From an uncultured bacterium (GTDB lineage: Bacteria > Chloroflexota > UBA5177 > JANWHV01), in the NCBI GenBank assembly GCA_963827235.1, contig CAWHAE010000009.1, positions 832,001-896,000 on the forward strand: a stretch of 64,000 bases of DNA, in the 5' to 3' direction. Made by a program: the position numbers and the translations under genes. The notes below the pieces were generated by a model. That model was not told where the DNA came from, did no database searches, and worked only from the letters and a program-made list of their open reading frames with translations. Numbering within the stretch: position 1 is the first letter of the stretch; the number at the start of each line of letters is the position of its first letter. Below are positions 28,754 through 38,702 of this stretch, piece after piece.

Positions 28754-31700
28754 ATGAAGACCAGCACGACGCGCGCGGGACGCTTGTGCCAGTCCGTTCA
28801 ATCCTGGCGCACCGATGCTTACTCCTGGCTTGGCGCCGTGAGCCGGTGCATGTTGCGCGTGCGCGAGCCACGGGCGCTGTGCGAGGCGGTGTGCCGCCTT
28901 GCGGTCGAGCAAGGCGGCTTTCACATGGCCTGGATCGGGTTGCTGGATCCTGAGATCCACGCGATAACGGTTGCCGCGCAAGCGGGAGCGACTGTTGACC
29001 TGCCGCCGCTTCGTCTCGGCGTCACGGACGGCGGCAGCGGTGACCAGGATCCGATCGGCGCCCTTTTCGGCTTTGCTGAGCACGTGGTGGTGAATGACGT
29101 CGGCGCCGATTCCGGCGTGGACGTGTGGCATGAGATCGCCGTGCGAGCGGGCTGCCGCGCCTGCGTAGCCCTGCCACTGATCATCGCCGGCCGCGCACGC
29201 GGGGCGCTGAGCTTGTATGCCGCGGAGCCTGCTTGCTTCGACGACGATGCGCTGAGGCAGCTCGGCGAGATGGCGGCGGACCTCGGTCTCGCCCTGGAGC
29301 ACGCCGAACAAGAGCAGCGGCACCGCCAAGTGGAGAAGCAGCTCGCGCAGATGAAGCGTCTATACGCCACACTGAGCCAGGTGAATCAGATGATCGTGCG
29401 TGTCCGGGACCGCGACGCTCTGTTTCAAGGCATCTGCGACATTGCCACGAGGCACGGCGAGTTTGCCCTGGCCTGGATCGGGCTTCCGGTCGACGCAACC
29501 GGCGACCTCGTGCCGGTTGCGGCCAGCAGTCTGGATGTGACGAGCCGGCCGTTCTCACTCGTCAATAGCTGTGCAGGAGCCTTGAAAGACGAGCCGGCTG
29601 CGACGGCTTTGCGCACATCCCGTGTTGCAGTCACCGCGGACGTTCAGGGCGGGGCAAATGCTGAGCAGATGCGGAATCAGATTGGGAGCCTTGCCTACCA
29701 CGCCTCGGCAGCCGTCCCGTTTCATCTGAGAGGGAAGCCCGTGGGCGCGCTCACCCTGATCTCTCGCGAGATGGGGTTCTTCAGCTCCGATGAGGAAGTG
29801 CGTCTGCTCGAGGAGATGGGGCTGGACATCTCGTTTGCCCTGGACACGATCGAAGCTGAAGGAGACCGGAGAGCAGCCGAAGAGAAGCTGCGGGAGAGCG
29901 AGTGCCGGCTCAAGCGCTTCATCGAGCTGGCTCCCGCGGCCGTCGCTATGCTCGACCGCGACATGCGGTATATCGCGGCAAGCCGTCGCTGGCTTGCCGA
30001 CTACCGCCTGGCAGACGCGGACATCACCGGCCGCTCGCACTATGAGGTCTTCCCTGAGATCTCTGAGTCGTGGAAGGAGATCCACCGGCGCTGCCTGGCC
30101 GGAGCCGTGGAAAGAGCCACAGACGATCCCTTCCTGCGCGCGGACGGGACTCTGGACTGGGTGCGGTGGGAAGTCCATCCCTGGTATGAGATGCCCGGAG
30201 AGATAGGCGGCATCATCCTATACACCGAGGTGATCACCGGGCGTAGGCAGGCGGAGAAGGAGCTCCAGGCCAGTGAGGCGCACTACCGTACCCTGATCGA
30301 GTGCTCCAGCTCCGTGATTGCCACGATCGACATCGACGGCTACTTTCATTTCGGAAACGCTGTTGCTGCTTCCCAGCTTGGCTGCAGCCCAGGCGACATC
30401 GTCGGCAAGCACATGAGCGACTTCTTCGCGGCCGATGTCGCCGAGTACCATGTCCGCCAGATCCGCCGCGTGCTGGAATCCAACGAAGGGTTGATCGAAG
30501 AGTCGGAGACGGTTGTCAATGGACAACGACACTTCTACCTCAACAATATCCAGCCGATCCGGGACGCATCGGGACAGACCGCGCTGGCGATGCTGAACGC
30601 GCAGGACATTACCGACCTGAAGCGAGCGGAGGAGCAGCTTCGGCGAAGCGAGGAGCGCTTCCGCACGGTGTTCGAACAGGCACCGTTTGCCATGGCGATG
30701 TATACGCCGGACGGTGCTCAGCAGCGGGTCAACCGCGCTTGGGAGAACCTGTTGGGCGTGACGGCTGAGCAGTGGCGGACGTTCAACATTCTGGACGATA
30801 CACGAACCAGGACTACGCCGAACCTGCAGCAGGTCGAGCGAATCTTCGTCAACGGAGAGGCCGCTCCGCTGCTCCCGGAATTCTACGATCCTGGCGACCG
30901 TGGGCTGCCGGGCCGATCGCGCTGGATAGAGGGCTCGATGTATCCCGTGCGCGACGCGGCCGGCGCGCTGAGCGAGGTGGTTCTGATGCTGCGAGACATT
31001 ACCGAGGCCCGGCAAGCCGCGGCAACACGAGCTCGCCTGGCGGCAGTCGTGGAGACTTCAGAAGACGCGATAATCGGCATTACCGCCGACCGTATCATCG
31101 AGACATGGAACAGGGGTGCAACGCGTCTGCTGGGTTATGACGCCGCAGAAGCCGTCGGCCAACCGGTGACCATGCTCCTACCGCGCGAGCCCCACGCCGG
31201 CCTACCGCCAGGCATGCCTTTTCAGGAGTTGGGCGGTCATATCGCTCCTCTTGAAACCGAGCTCGTGCACAAGACTGGCAGCGCGGTCCTCGTATCGGTA
31301 ACAGTGGCACCATTGGTCGATGCGGACGGAGTCCCCGGAGCGGCGGCCATTGTCCGCGACATCAGCGCGCGGGTGCGCGCGCAAAAGATGCTGGAGAAGC
31401 GGGTGAAGGCGCGTACGCGGGAACTGGAGTCCCTGCTGGAGATCTCGCGTGTGGTGGCCTCCACCCTGGAGCTTGGGCCACTGATGGACTTGTTGCTCGA
31501 CCGCCTCCAGGAGCTGGTGGGGTACAAGACGGCGCGGATCATCTCGCTAGAGGGGTCCGGCGGCCCGCCCAAGCTGCTGGCCCTGCGCCACGGCGGCGCG
31601 ACCATGCCGCCGGCGGGCTTGGTCGATCACGTGCTGCCGTCACTGCGCGCGTTGGTCGCAGGCCGCAAGCCGGTATTCGTCGCCGATCTGCACCGGGACG

Positions 31701-32566
31701 AGAGGCCACTGGTGGCGGCGTTTCGCCGCGCGTTCGCCGAGCACAAGGGCTTCCTTCCGGCCGAGTACGTCTCGTGGATGATGCTGCCCTTGTTACTGGG
31801 AGACCGCGTGCTCGGGTTCATCACGCTCACGGACGACCGTCGCGGACGCTACTCGGCGCGAGACGCGGACCTGGGCGTGCTGCTGGCGAGTCAGGCCGCC
31901 GTGGCGATCGAGAATGCCACGTTGTACGCGCGGGCACGGGAGGTCGCCGTGCTGGAGGAACGCGGCCGCCTGGCGCGCGAGCTACACGACTCGGTGACCC
32001 AGATGCTCTTCTCCGCCGGTCTGATCACCGAGGTGCTGCCCCAGCTCTGGGACCGGGATCCGATGGACGCAAAGCAGCATCTGGGCGATCTCCAGCTCCT
32101 GGTGCGCGGGGCGCTGGCGGAGATGCGGGCCCTGCTTCTGGAGTTGCGCCCGGCAGCCTTGACCGACGTCGATCTGGGCGGCTTGCTCCGTTCCCTGAGC
32201 GATGCTACGACCGGGCGGACGCGGCTTCCCGTGACTCTGACGGTGGACGGCCGGCGGCTACTGCCACCCGACGTGCAGGTAGCACTGTACCGGATCGCCC
32301 AAGAGGCGCTGACCAATGCTACCAAACACGCGGGGGCCTCGGCGCTGACCGTGAGCTTGCGCTACATGGCGCGGGACGTTGAGCTGCGAATAGGCGACGA
32401 TGGCACCGGTTTTGACCCGACTGCAGTCGGGCCGGAGCATCTGGGCCTGCGGATCATGGCAGAGCGTGCCTCCCAAGTAGGAGCAACGCTGGCGATCGAG
32501 AGCACGCCTGGAAACGGTACAATGGTGACTTTGCGATGGATTGGTCCGGCAGTCGAGGAGGTGTAA
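28754..32566 (+). CDS. Soluble sensor kinase: 2xGAF-4xPAS-GAF-HisKA_3-HATPase
   Basis: GAFs (MAWIGL, LAWIGL), four PAS domains, EERGRLARELHDSVTQ, QEALTNATKHA, DDGTGF; start uncertain (28649-28754). Confidence 0.92.
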   Translation: MKTSTTRAGRLCQSVQSWRTDAYSWLGAVSRCMLRVREPRALCEAVCRLAVEQGGFHMAWIGLLDPEIHAITVAAQAGATVDLPPLRLGVTDGGSGDQDPIGALFGFAEHVVVNDVGADSGVDVWHEIAVRAGCRACVALPLIIAGRARGALSLYAAEPACFDDDALRQLGEMAADLGLALEHAEQEQRHRQVEKQLAQMKRLYATLSQVNQMIVRVRDRDALFQGICDIATRHGEFALAWIGLPVDATGDLVPVAASSLDVTSRPFSLVNSCAGALKDEPAATALRTSRVAVTADVQGGANAEQMRNQIGSLAYHASAAVPFHLRGKPVGALTLISREMGFFSSDEEVRLLEEMGLDISFALDTIEAEGDRRAAEEKLRESECRLKRFIELAPAAVAMLDRDMRYIAASRRWLADYRLADADITGRSHYEVFPEISESWKEIHRRCLAGAVERATDDPFLRADGTLDWVRWEVHPWYEMPGEIGGIILYTEVITGRRQAEKELQASEAHYRTLIECSSSVIATIDIDGYFHFGNAVAASQLGCSPGDIVGKHMSDFFAADVAEYHVRQIRRVLESNEGLIEESETVVNGQRHFYLNNIQPIRDASGQTALAMLNAQDITDLKRAEEQLRRSEERFRTVFEQAPFAMAMYTPDGAQQRVNRAWENLLGVTAEQWRTFNILDDTRTRTTPNLQQVERIFVNGEAAPLLPEFYDPGDRGLPGRSRWIEGSMYPVRDAAGALSEVVLMLRDITEARQAAATRARLAAVVETSEDAIIGITADRIIETWNRGATRLLGYDAAEAVGQPVTMLLPREPHAGLPPGMPFQELGGHIAPLETELVHKTGSAVLVSVTVAPLVDADGVPGAAAIVRDISARVRAQKMLEKRVKARTRELESLLEISRVVASTLELGPLMDLLLDRLQELVGYKTARIISLEGSGGPPKLLALRHGGATMPPAGLVDHVLPSLRALVAGRKPVFVADLHRDERPLVAAFRRAFAEHKGFLPAEYVSWMMLPLLLGDRVLGFITLTDDRRGRYSARDADLGVLLASQAAVAIENATLYARAREVAVLEERGRLARELHDSVTQMLFSAGLITEVLPQLWDRDPMDAKQHLGDLQLLVRGALAEMRALLLELRPAALTDVDLGGLLRSLSDATTGRTRLPVTLTVDGRRLLPPDVQVALYRIAQEALTNATKHAGASALTVSLRYMARDVELRIGDDGTGFDPTAVGPEHLGLRIMAERASQVGATLAIESTPGNGTMVTLRWIGPAVEEV

Positions 32567-33207
32567 TGGAGGAATCAGCGCGTATCCGCGTACTGATCGT
32601 CGACGACCATGCGATGGTCCGGCGCGGCCTCGCTACGTTTCTCAAGGCGTACGATGACCTGGAGCTGGTCGGCGAGGCGGGCAGCGGTGTCGATGCGGTA
32701 GCGTGCTGCGGGAAGACCCAGCCCGACGTCGTGTTGATGGATCTATTGATGCCGCAGATGGACGGCATCGCCGCCACGCGGGCGATTCGCGCCCAGTATC
32801 CCACCGTGCAGGTGCTTGCGCTGACGAGCTTTCCCGACGAGGCCCTGGTGCAACGTGCGCTGCAGGCCGGGGCTAGAGGATTTCTACTCAAGGACATCTC
32901 CGCGGAAGAACTGGCCGGAGCCATTCGCGGAGCGCGGCGAGGCCAATCCACGCTGGCGCCGGAAGCACTGCAGGCGCTGGTTCAGGCGACGGCCCGCCCG
33001 CCGGCCCCGGGCCAAACGCTGAGCCCGCGCGAGCGGGAAGTCCTGGCGTTGATGGTAGAGGGTCTGAGCAATCCGGCGATCGCCGAACGGCTCGTGGTCA
33101 GTCCAACTACGATCAAGGCGCACGTCAGCAGCATCCTCAACAAGCTGGCGGTGACGAGCCGCACCGAGGCCGTGGCGATGGCGGTCGAGCACCATATTCT
33201 CCGGTGA
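32566..33207 (+). CDS. NarL/LuxR family response regulator
   Basis: IVDDHAMVRRG, MDLLMP, LSPREREVL..GLSN..IAERL; start overlaps the kinase stop. Confidence 0.95.
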   Translation: MEESARIRVLIVDDHAMVRRGLATFLKAYDDLELVGEAGSGVDAVACCGKTQPDVVLMDLLMPQMDGIAATRAIRAQYPTVQVLALTSFPDEALVQRALQAGARGFLLKDISAEELAGAIRGARRGQSTLAPEALQALVQATARPPAPGQTLSPREREVLALMVEGLSNPAIAERLVVSPTTIKAHVSSILNKLAVTSRTEAVAMAVEHHILR

Positions 33208-33317
33208 CCGGCAGGCGCGGCCTCTCGAAGCCAGTCGCCTGCGAGAGAGCCGCGGGCCTGAAGGTCGCACACGACCGGCGCCCCACCAGCGAGCGTAATT
33301 GGGGAGGGCGGTGGCGA

Positions 33318-34562
33318 TCAGGACGGCGAGGTCAGGTCCGTGAGCCTGAACGCGGCGATGATGCCACCCTGGACCTGGCCAGCCGAGCGCGGCTTGGGCA
33401 CGGGAGAGAGCAGCCGCCGAAGACCTCCCGGCAGCCACCACCAGGGATCGGCAGCGGCATGCGCGACACTTTGGCCCACGACAAGCAGGCGGCTACTGCG
33501 CTCATCGAGTGCCAGCGCTACCGGCGCGGCGTCCAGCGTGAAGGTGCGTCGAGTGGCGCCGCTCCGGGGATCCAGCACCTGCAGGCGGCTCTGCGGACTG
33601 TTGCGCGCCACAATAATGCTATCGTTTCCAGGATCGACCGCCGCGGCGGTGACGCCTGCACCCGTGGGGACGTCGTACAGAACGCGATAGTTCACTGCGT
33701 CGACGGTACATAGCGTGCCCGCTTCGAGGACGTAGATGCGTGCGGCTTCCGGCACCGCGAGCACGATGGCCACGGCGCCGCCGTACACTGCCAGTGCGCT
33801 GCTTCGCCTCGTGGCCTGACCCGGCGGTAGGAGGGCCACGGTACGCACCAGGGCGCTGTTGCGGGCATCCAGCACACTGAGCAGCCCCTGCCCGGCCACG
33901 TAGACCCGAGCGCGGCGCGCGTCCACCGCGATGCCGGCGAAGTCTCCCGCGTTGGGCACCTGGACGGTCCGCAACAGGTTGCCGGTCCGTGAGTCCAGCA
34001 TGCTGACCGTGCCATCTCCGGCATTGACGACGAACACACGGTTGGTGGCCGCGGACACCGCGAGGGCGGTCGGACGGGTGCCGACCGTTACGCTGCGCAG
34101 GGGCCGCATGCGCCGGCTATCCAGTACCTCGACGAGGTTCTCATCCTCGCTGGTCACATACAGCAGTCCATCGCGAGAATCGACGGCCGCCGTGCCGGGA
34201 TCGGCGGCTACCGGCACGGCTGGGCCGGCGAGCCTGCTTCCGCGCGCCACGAGACTGATCGTGTCCGGGCTGGGTAGGACGTTCCCACCGATCCGCGTGC
34301 CCACGGCCGCGCCGTTGACCGCGAAGCCGTAGCTGCCGGCGCTGGAGAACGCGTACATGCGGGCGACGCCCGCAGCGGCGAGCGATCGACTGACGACGAA
34401 GATCTGCCCGGATTGCTCGTCGAGAGCGGCGGTCCAGGGTACCGATTTCAACGCGACCGTGTACTCGACGGGTTCGCCGGAGAGCCGGCCCGCCGCGCCC
34501 CTGGCAGCTACGGAGACCGCGATCGCCAGGATCGACGCGGCGAGGAGAAGTCGCATGCGCAT
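33318..34562 (-). CDS. Exported YVTN/YncE-type beta-propeller protein
   Basis: Signal peptide; repeats LYVTS, VFVVNAGDGTVSMLD, RVYVAG. Confidence 0.8.
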   Translation of the reverse strand: MRMRLLLAASILAIAVSVAARGAAGRLSGEPVEYTVALKSVPWTAALDEQSGQIFVVSRSLAAAGVARMYAFSSAGSYGFAVNGAAVGTRIGGNVLPSPDTISLVARGSRLAGPAVPVAADPGTAAVDSRDGLLYVTSEDENLVEVLDSRRMRPLRSVTVGTRPTALAVSAATNRVFVVNAGDGTVSMLDSRTGNLLRTVQVPNAGDFAGIAVDARRARVYVAGQGLLSVLDARNSALVRTVALLPPGQATRRSSALAVYGGAVAIVLAVPEAARIYVLEAGTLCTVDAVNYRVLYDVPTGAGVTAAAVDPGNDSIIVARNSPQSRLQVLDPRSGATRRTFTLDAAPVALALDERSSRLLVVGQSVAHAAADPWWWLPGGLRRLLSPVPKPRSAGQVQGGIIAAFRLTDLTSPS

Positions 34563-34854
34563 GAGGGTGTGTCCTCAGCCCATTATGAGCGCGGTGATGA
34601 AGCGTGTCCACATACGTCCCGATCCGTCTTGGCGATTCTCCGCACGGTGGCATGGCGGTGACGACCACAAAGCGGAATGGCGTAGCAGTTCTTCGCCGGG
34701 TGGCTTGAACTACCTGGAGGCGCGACACTGCTGCCGAGCAACGACCGGGGAGCGGTCAGCAGCAACACCTGTCTTCGAGGCTGAAGAGGATGAGCATGAC
34801 GATCGGTGCGACGACTACGGCGAGCATAGTCACCATCCTTCGGCGCCGCGGCTC

Positions 34855-34977
34855 CTACTCGAACAGCTTGCCGATATCCTGCATCTCACGCTCGCCGATT
34901 GCGAACGTGCCGAACCTGTATGCGCGACGCCGTCGCGCGAGGATTTTCCGCAGTACCCGTGCTATCGCCTTGCCCAC
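34855..34977 (-). CDS. Candidate small basic protein (40 aa)
   Basis: AGGAG 8 nt before GTG; MGKAIARVLRKILARRRRAYRFGTFAIGEREMQDIGKLFE. Confidence 0.35.
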   Translation of the reverse strand: MGKAIARVLRKILARRRRAYRFGTFAIGEREMQDIGKLFE

Positions 34978-35129
34978 TTCGCGTGCTCCTATTCTGTAAT
35001 CACCACGGTTCAGTACTTACACCATAATCGACTCATGAGCAGCTCACTACGGCCCGCAAGGGCTATTGCCGCTGGCCGATTTACGCGCACGAGCCTGCTA
35101 GAACGTATTGATGCGACGACCGGGCACCG

Positions 35130-36329
35130 TCACCGAGCGTTCAGCTCGCCGGCCATGAAGCGATCCACGTCGGGCAGGCTTGCCCTGATCAACCCCGACA
35201 GCGGGCCCTCTGGATCCAGACCGCACACGTCCTTGAGCACGACGTCGAGGCCATCGTCCGAAAGCCGCTGTTGCAGCCTGAGCGCGGACGGGTCGGTGGG
35301 CTCGTGGTAACGAAGGGCGGCGGCGATGACCAGGGCCAGGGCTCGCGGCTCCACGTTTTCCTCGAGACAGAGCGAGGCCGGTCCCACAAGTCGATCGTAC
35401 CGGCTGAGCTTGCGGAGCGGATCGCGGGCGTGCCGCTCCAGCGTGTCGGGATTGCGCGCATCCTGGAACGCTTCCAGTGACTCCTGAGCGTGCTCGGCCT
35501 GGCTTTCAGCCGAATGTCCGTGGCGGCGGCACAGGGCGGTGCCCGACTCGCTCAGCACCTCTCGTGCTACCGCGAGAACGCGCGTGTCGACCGCGGCATC
35601 GTGCAAGGTGCGAAAACCGAGCAGTGCTCCCAGGTAGGAGATGGACGCGCTGAGCGCGCTGTAGGTGAAGAGCTTGCGCTCAAGCGCGCTCTGGAAATCG
35701 GCCACGGGCACGATCCCGGTCAACTGCGGGAAGGGCTGACGCACCATATCGCCGTCGACCTGAAGCTGCCAGTAGTCGGTTCCCTGCACGGCCAGGGGAT
35801 CGTAGGCTCGCTGCTCGGTTGTCGGCTCGATACAGCCACGGTAGACAGTGGATTCGGCGACGCCGCAGCACTGCTCGAAGTACGCCAATGCCTCCGGAGG
35901 CAGGCTGGCGGCGAGGCTGTTGCGCAGCAATGCGCCCGGCCTGGTCCAATTCTCGCATGTGATCAGGTTGAGCACCGTCGGGTTCTCGCGGACCCGGCGG
36001 GCGATACCGGGAGCCAGCAACGGTCCAAGCGAGGCAAGTCGCTCGCCGCCGACGGCGGTGAAGACGAGGTCCGCGCCGGCGACGAGATCCGCGATTCGCG
36101 CGACGTCGCCTGCCGCCACGATACTGTATCCCTGTATCACATCCTCGCGCATAGGGTTGCTGGCCACGTACACGTGGTAGCTACCCCGGCGTGCCATCTC
36201 GGCGACGAGCTCCTGGCTCCATTCGACGAAGGCGACGCGCGCCCCGGCAAGCGTGAGGAGGTGGGCGATAAAGCCGCGACCCACCTTGCCGGCGCCGATG
36301 ATCACGGCGCTGGTTGTTCGATCCGACAT
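35130..36329 (-). CDS. Mannitol-1-phosphate 5-dehydrogenase-like polyol-phosphate dehydrogenase
   Basis: IGAGKVGRGF, ITCEN, ERKLFT, RDPLRKLSRYDRLVGPA. Confidence 0.82.
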   Translation of the reverse strand: MSDRTTSAVIIGAGKVGRGFIAHLLTLAGARVAFVEWSQELVAEMARRGSYHVYVASNPMREDVIQGYSIVAAGDVARIADLVAGADLVFTAVGGERLASLGPLLAPGIARRVRENPTVLNLITCENWTRPGALLRNSLAASLPPEALAYFEQCCGVAESTVYRGCIEPTTEQRAYDPLAVQGTDYWQLQVDGDMVRQPFPQLTGIVPVADFQSALERKLFTYSALSASISYLGALLGFRTLHDAAVDTRVLAVAREVLSESGTALCRRHGHSAESQAEHAQESLEAFQDARNPDTLERHARDPLRKLSRYDRLVGPASLCLEENVEPRALALVIAAALRYHEPTDPSALRLQQRLSDDGLDVVLKDVCGLDPEGPLSGLIRASLPDVDRFMAGELNAR

Positions 36330-36831
36330 GCTGTAGTTTCCTTCATAACAGACCCGCGCGCGACGCCTGTGCTGCCCGTGTTGGGTGCGCTTGCAGCGCG
36401 TCGAGCGAATACGGAAGTCCACGAGAACGCACCAAAGTGCTGCACCTAGTGTAGCCAATCCGCGGGTGCCCTCTTCTGTGTATCGAGCACGAGCATACCG
36501 CAGGCGCCGGTGGCAGGAGTTGTGGTGGAGCAACGTCGAGAAGCTCGAGGCCGTACGTGACGAAGTGAAGGATGTCCTTTTGTCGCAGGTGCGGCCGGCA
36601 TCCGAGATGCGGGCCCATACAGTCCGTCTGCCTGGTGAGCAGATCAAGCCGCTTCATGTGACGCGGAGCGTCTGCAGGCTCTGCGCTATCGACATAGGCT
36701 GACATGTGCTCCAATGGCGGGGAGTAGAATGGAGCGCGTTGGGCATATTGTTCCAGTCCGTGCCTTCAGGTGAGCAGACTGGAACAACCGGCAGTGCGAT
36801 GTCATACACCTGTAGACGAGGACACTAGCTG

Positions 36832-37401
36832 ATGAACGGCATGGAACCGATCGCGAGCCTCGGCAGACACGCGTCCGAGGAGATCACGGCGGTGCTGGCA
36901 GGGGTGCGCGAAGAGCAGATTGCCGCCTTGCGTGCCGCCCTGCGGAACTCCTCCCAGATACTCACCCACGGGGTGGGTCGCGAGGGATTGGTGATGCGCA
37001 GCTTCGCCATGCGCCTCATGCATCTCGGCCTACCGGTCGGCGTGGTCGGCGACATGACGTGCGGACCGAGCGGACCGGGCGCGCTGTTCGTATGCAGCGC
37101 CGGTCCAGGAGAGTTCGGCACGATCGGTGCCCTGATCGACCTGGCGCGCAAGGCCGGAGCATCCGTTGCCCTGTTCACCGCGCACCCGGAAGCAGGACTG
37201 GCTGCCCGGGCGCACTTCGTGGTCGAAGTGCCGGCTCAGACGATGGCGGGATCGCGGACCGGCACGGCGTCGCAGCAGATTATGGGCTCCATCTATGAGC
37301 AGGCGCTCTGGGTGCTGCTGGATTGCCTCATCTGGCAGCTGGCGCAGGAGCTCGGACTCACGCAGGAGCAGATGGCAGCCAGGCACACGAACATGGAGTA
37401 A
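36832..37401 (+). CDS. SIS-domain sugar-phosphate isomerase (6-phospho-3-hexuloisomerase/HxlB-like)
   Basis: GVGREGLVMRSFAMRLMHLG, SAGPG, MGSIYE, RHTNME. Confidence 0.88.
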   Translation: MNGMEPIASLGRHASEEITAVLAGVREEQIAALRAALRNSSQILTHGVGREGLVMRSFAMRLMHLGLPVGVVGDMTCGPSGPGALFVCSAGPGEFGTIGALIDLARKAGASVALFTAHPEAGLAARAHFVVEVPAQTMAGSRTGTASQQIMGSIYEQALWVLLDCLIWQLAQELGLTQEQMAARHTNME

Positions 37402-37538
37402 GCGCCTGCGGATCGGCCCCGTGGCCGGCACAGACCGGACGCTCTTCAGGCACCGGAGGGTACGCGTGCGTGCGTACGGCACGATCACGGCGCACGACCT
37501 GGCCGTGGACTGAGCGTTCCAGATACATAGCTGTCATG

Positions 37539-37600
37539 AAACGCACACCAGGTTATGCGTTTGTGCGTTTATTGACAGGCCAGACGGGAGGGACTATAAT
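37539..37600 (+). promoter_or_regulatory. Consensus sigma70 promoter TTGACA-17-TATAAT with an upstream inverted repeat
   Basis: TTGACA 37572-37577, TATAAT 37595-37600; aaacgcaca (37539-47) / tgtgcgttt (37562-70). Confidence 0.8.
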
Positions 37601-37729
37601 CCCCTCGCATTCTATAGCCAATGTTGTGAATTAAGCACCATATTCTGTGCGAAACTGACCAAAGGGTGCAAGCCTGCACAGCGGGTGTGCTTTGCCCGAA
37701 CGCTGGAGCGAAGCGACAAGGGGGCTGCA

Positions 37730-38578
37730 ATGCCCGGTAGCCAGAGTGCAACCAAGCAAGACCACCGCACGTCTCCCGTGGAGAGGCAGGCCCGCATTGT
37801 CGAGAACTTTGAGAGCCGTCACTACTGCAGCACGGTGGAGCTCAGCCGGCTGCTGCGCGTGTCGGCGATGACGGTGCGCAGGGATCTGCGCGAGCTGGCG
37901 GAGATGGGTGTGCTGACCCTCGTTCATGGGGGTGCGCGGCTCAACCAATCCGCCATTCTCGAGCCGGGCGTCTCGGCGCGCAGCTCGGAGCATCGACCCG
38001 AGAAGGAGGCGATCGGGGCCTACGCGGCCGGCATGATTCAGCCCGGGGAGGCGCTCTGCGTCGACGCCGGCAGCACGGCACTGGAGGTAGCGCGGCACCT
38101 CAAGCAGCTCTCGGGGCTGACCGTGGTGACACATTCGCTCTCGGTCATGGTGGAGCTGTCGCGGCATAGCAACGTCACCGTGGTGTCCTTGGGAGGCACC
38201 CTCCACCACTCCTCACTGCTGTTTTCGGGGCCGGACGTCGTGACGGCGCTGTCGCGGCTTCATTTCTCGACCATCGTGGTAGGAATGAGCGGGATCGACT
38301 TCACGTTGGGCATGACGTGCGGCGATCTCAGCGAGGCCGAAACGAAGCGGGCCATGATTCGCGCTGCCGAGCGTGTGATCATCGTGGCCGATCACACCAA
38401 GATCGGCAAGCGGTTCCTGGCGAAAGTCGGTCCGCTCGAGGCAGGCCAGATCCTCGTTACCGACGACAGAGTGCACGATGCCGCGTTGAGGCATCTTGGC
38501 CACATCGGCGTCGAGGTGCACACGGTTCGCGCGACGCCATCCGGGATCAACCTGGTCGCAGCCCTGGAAGGGGGGTGA
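37730..38578 (+). CDS. DeoR/GlpR family transcriptional regulator
   Basis: VSAMTVRRDL, VHGGA, DAGSTA, VADHTKIG. Confidence 0.93.
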   Translation: MPGSQSATKQDHRTSPVERQARIVENFESRHYCSTVELSRLLRVSAMTVRRDLRELAEMGVLTLVHGGARLNQSAILEPGVSARSSEHRPEKEAIGAYAAGMIQPGEALCVDAGSTALEVARHLKQLSGLTVVTHSLSVMVELSRHSNVTVVSLGGTLHHSSLLFSGPDVVTALSRLHFSTIVVGMSGIDFTLGMTCGDLSEAETKRAMIRAAERVIIVADHTKIGKRFLAKVGPLEAGQILVTDDRVHDAALRHLGHIGVEVHTVRATPSGINLVAALEGG

Positions 38579-38702
38579 TAGCAGTCCGCGGAACGAAGCC
38601 GCGGCACTGCAGTGAGAGCAGTGCCGGGCTGTAATCCTTCCACCTGATTCGGTGAGAGAGGGCATATGCCGTCTCGCCAATGAAGAATGGAACCCACTGA
38701 CG

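Noticed and set aside
34357-35310. 317-aa plus-strand ORF
   Set aside because: Overlaps two real minus-strand genes and has no coherent domain signal
36385-36702. 105-aa ORF with a protein-like middle (WQELWWSNVEKLEAVRDEVKDVLL)
   Set aside because: No RBS or recognisable family; possibly a gene remnant, but unsupported
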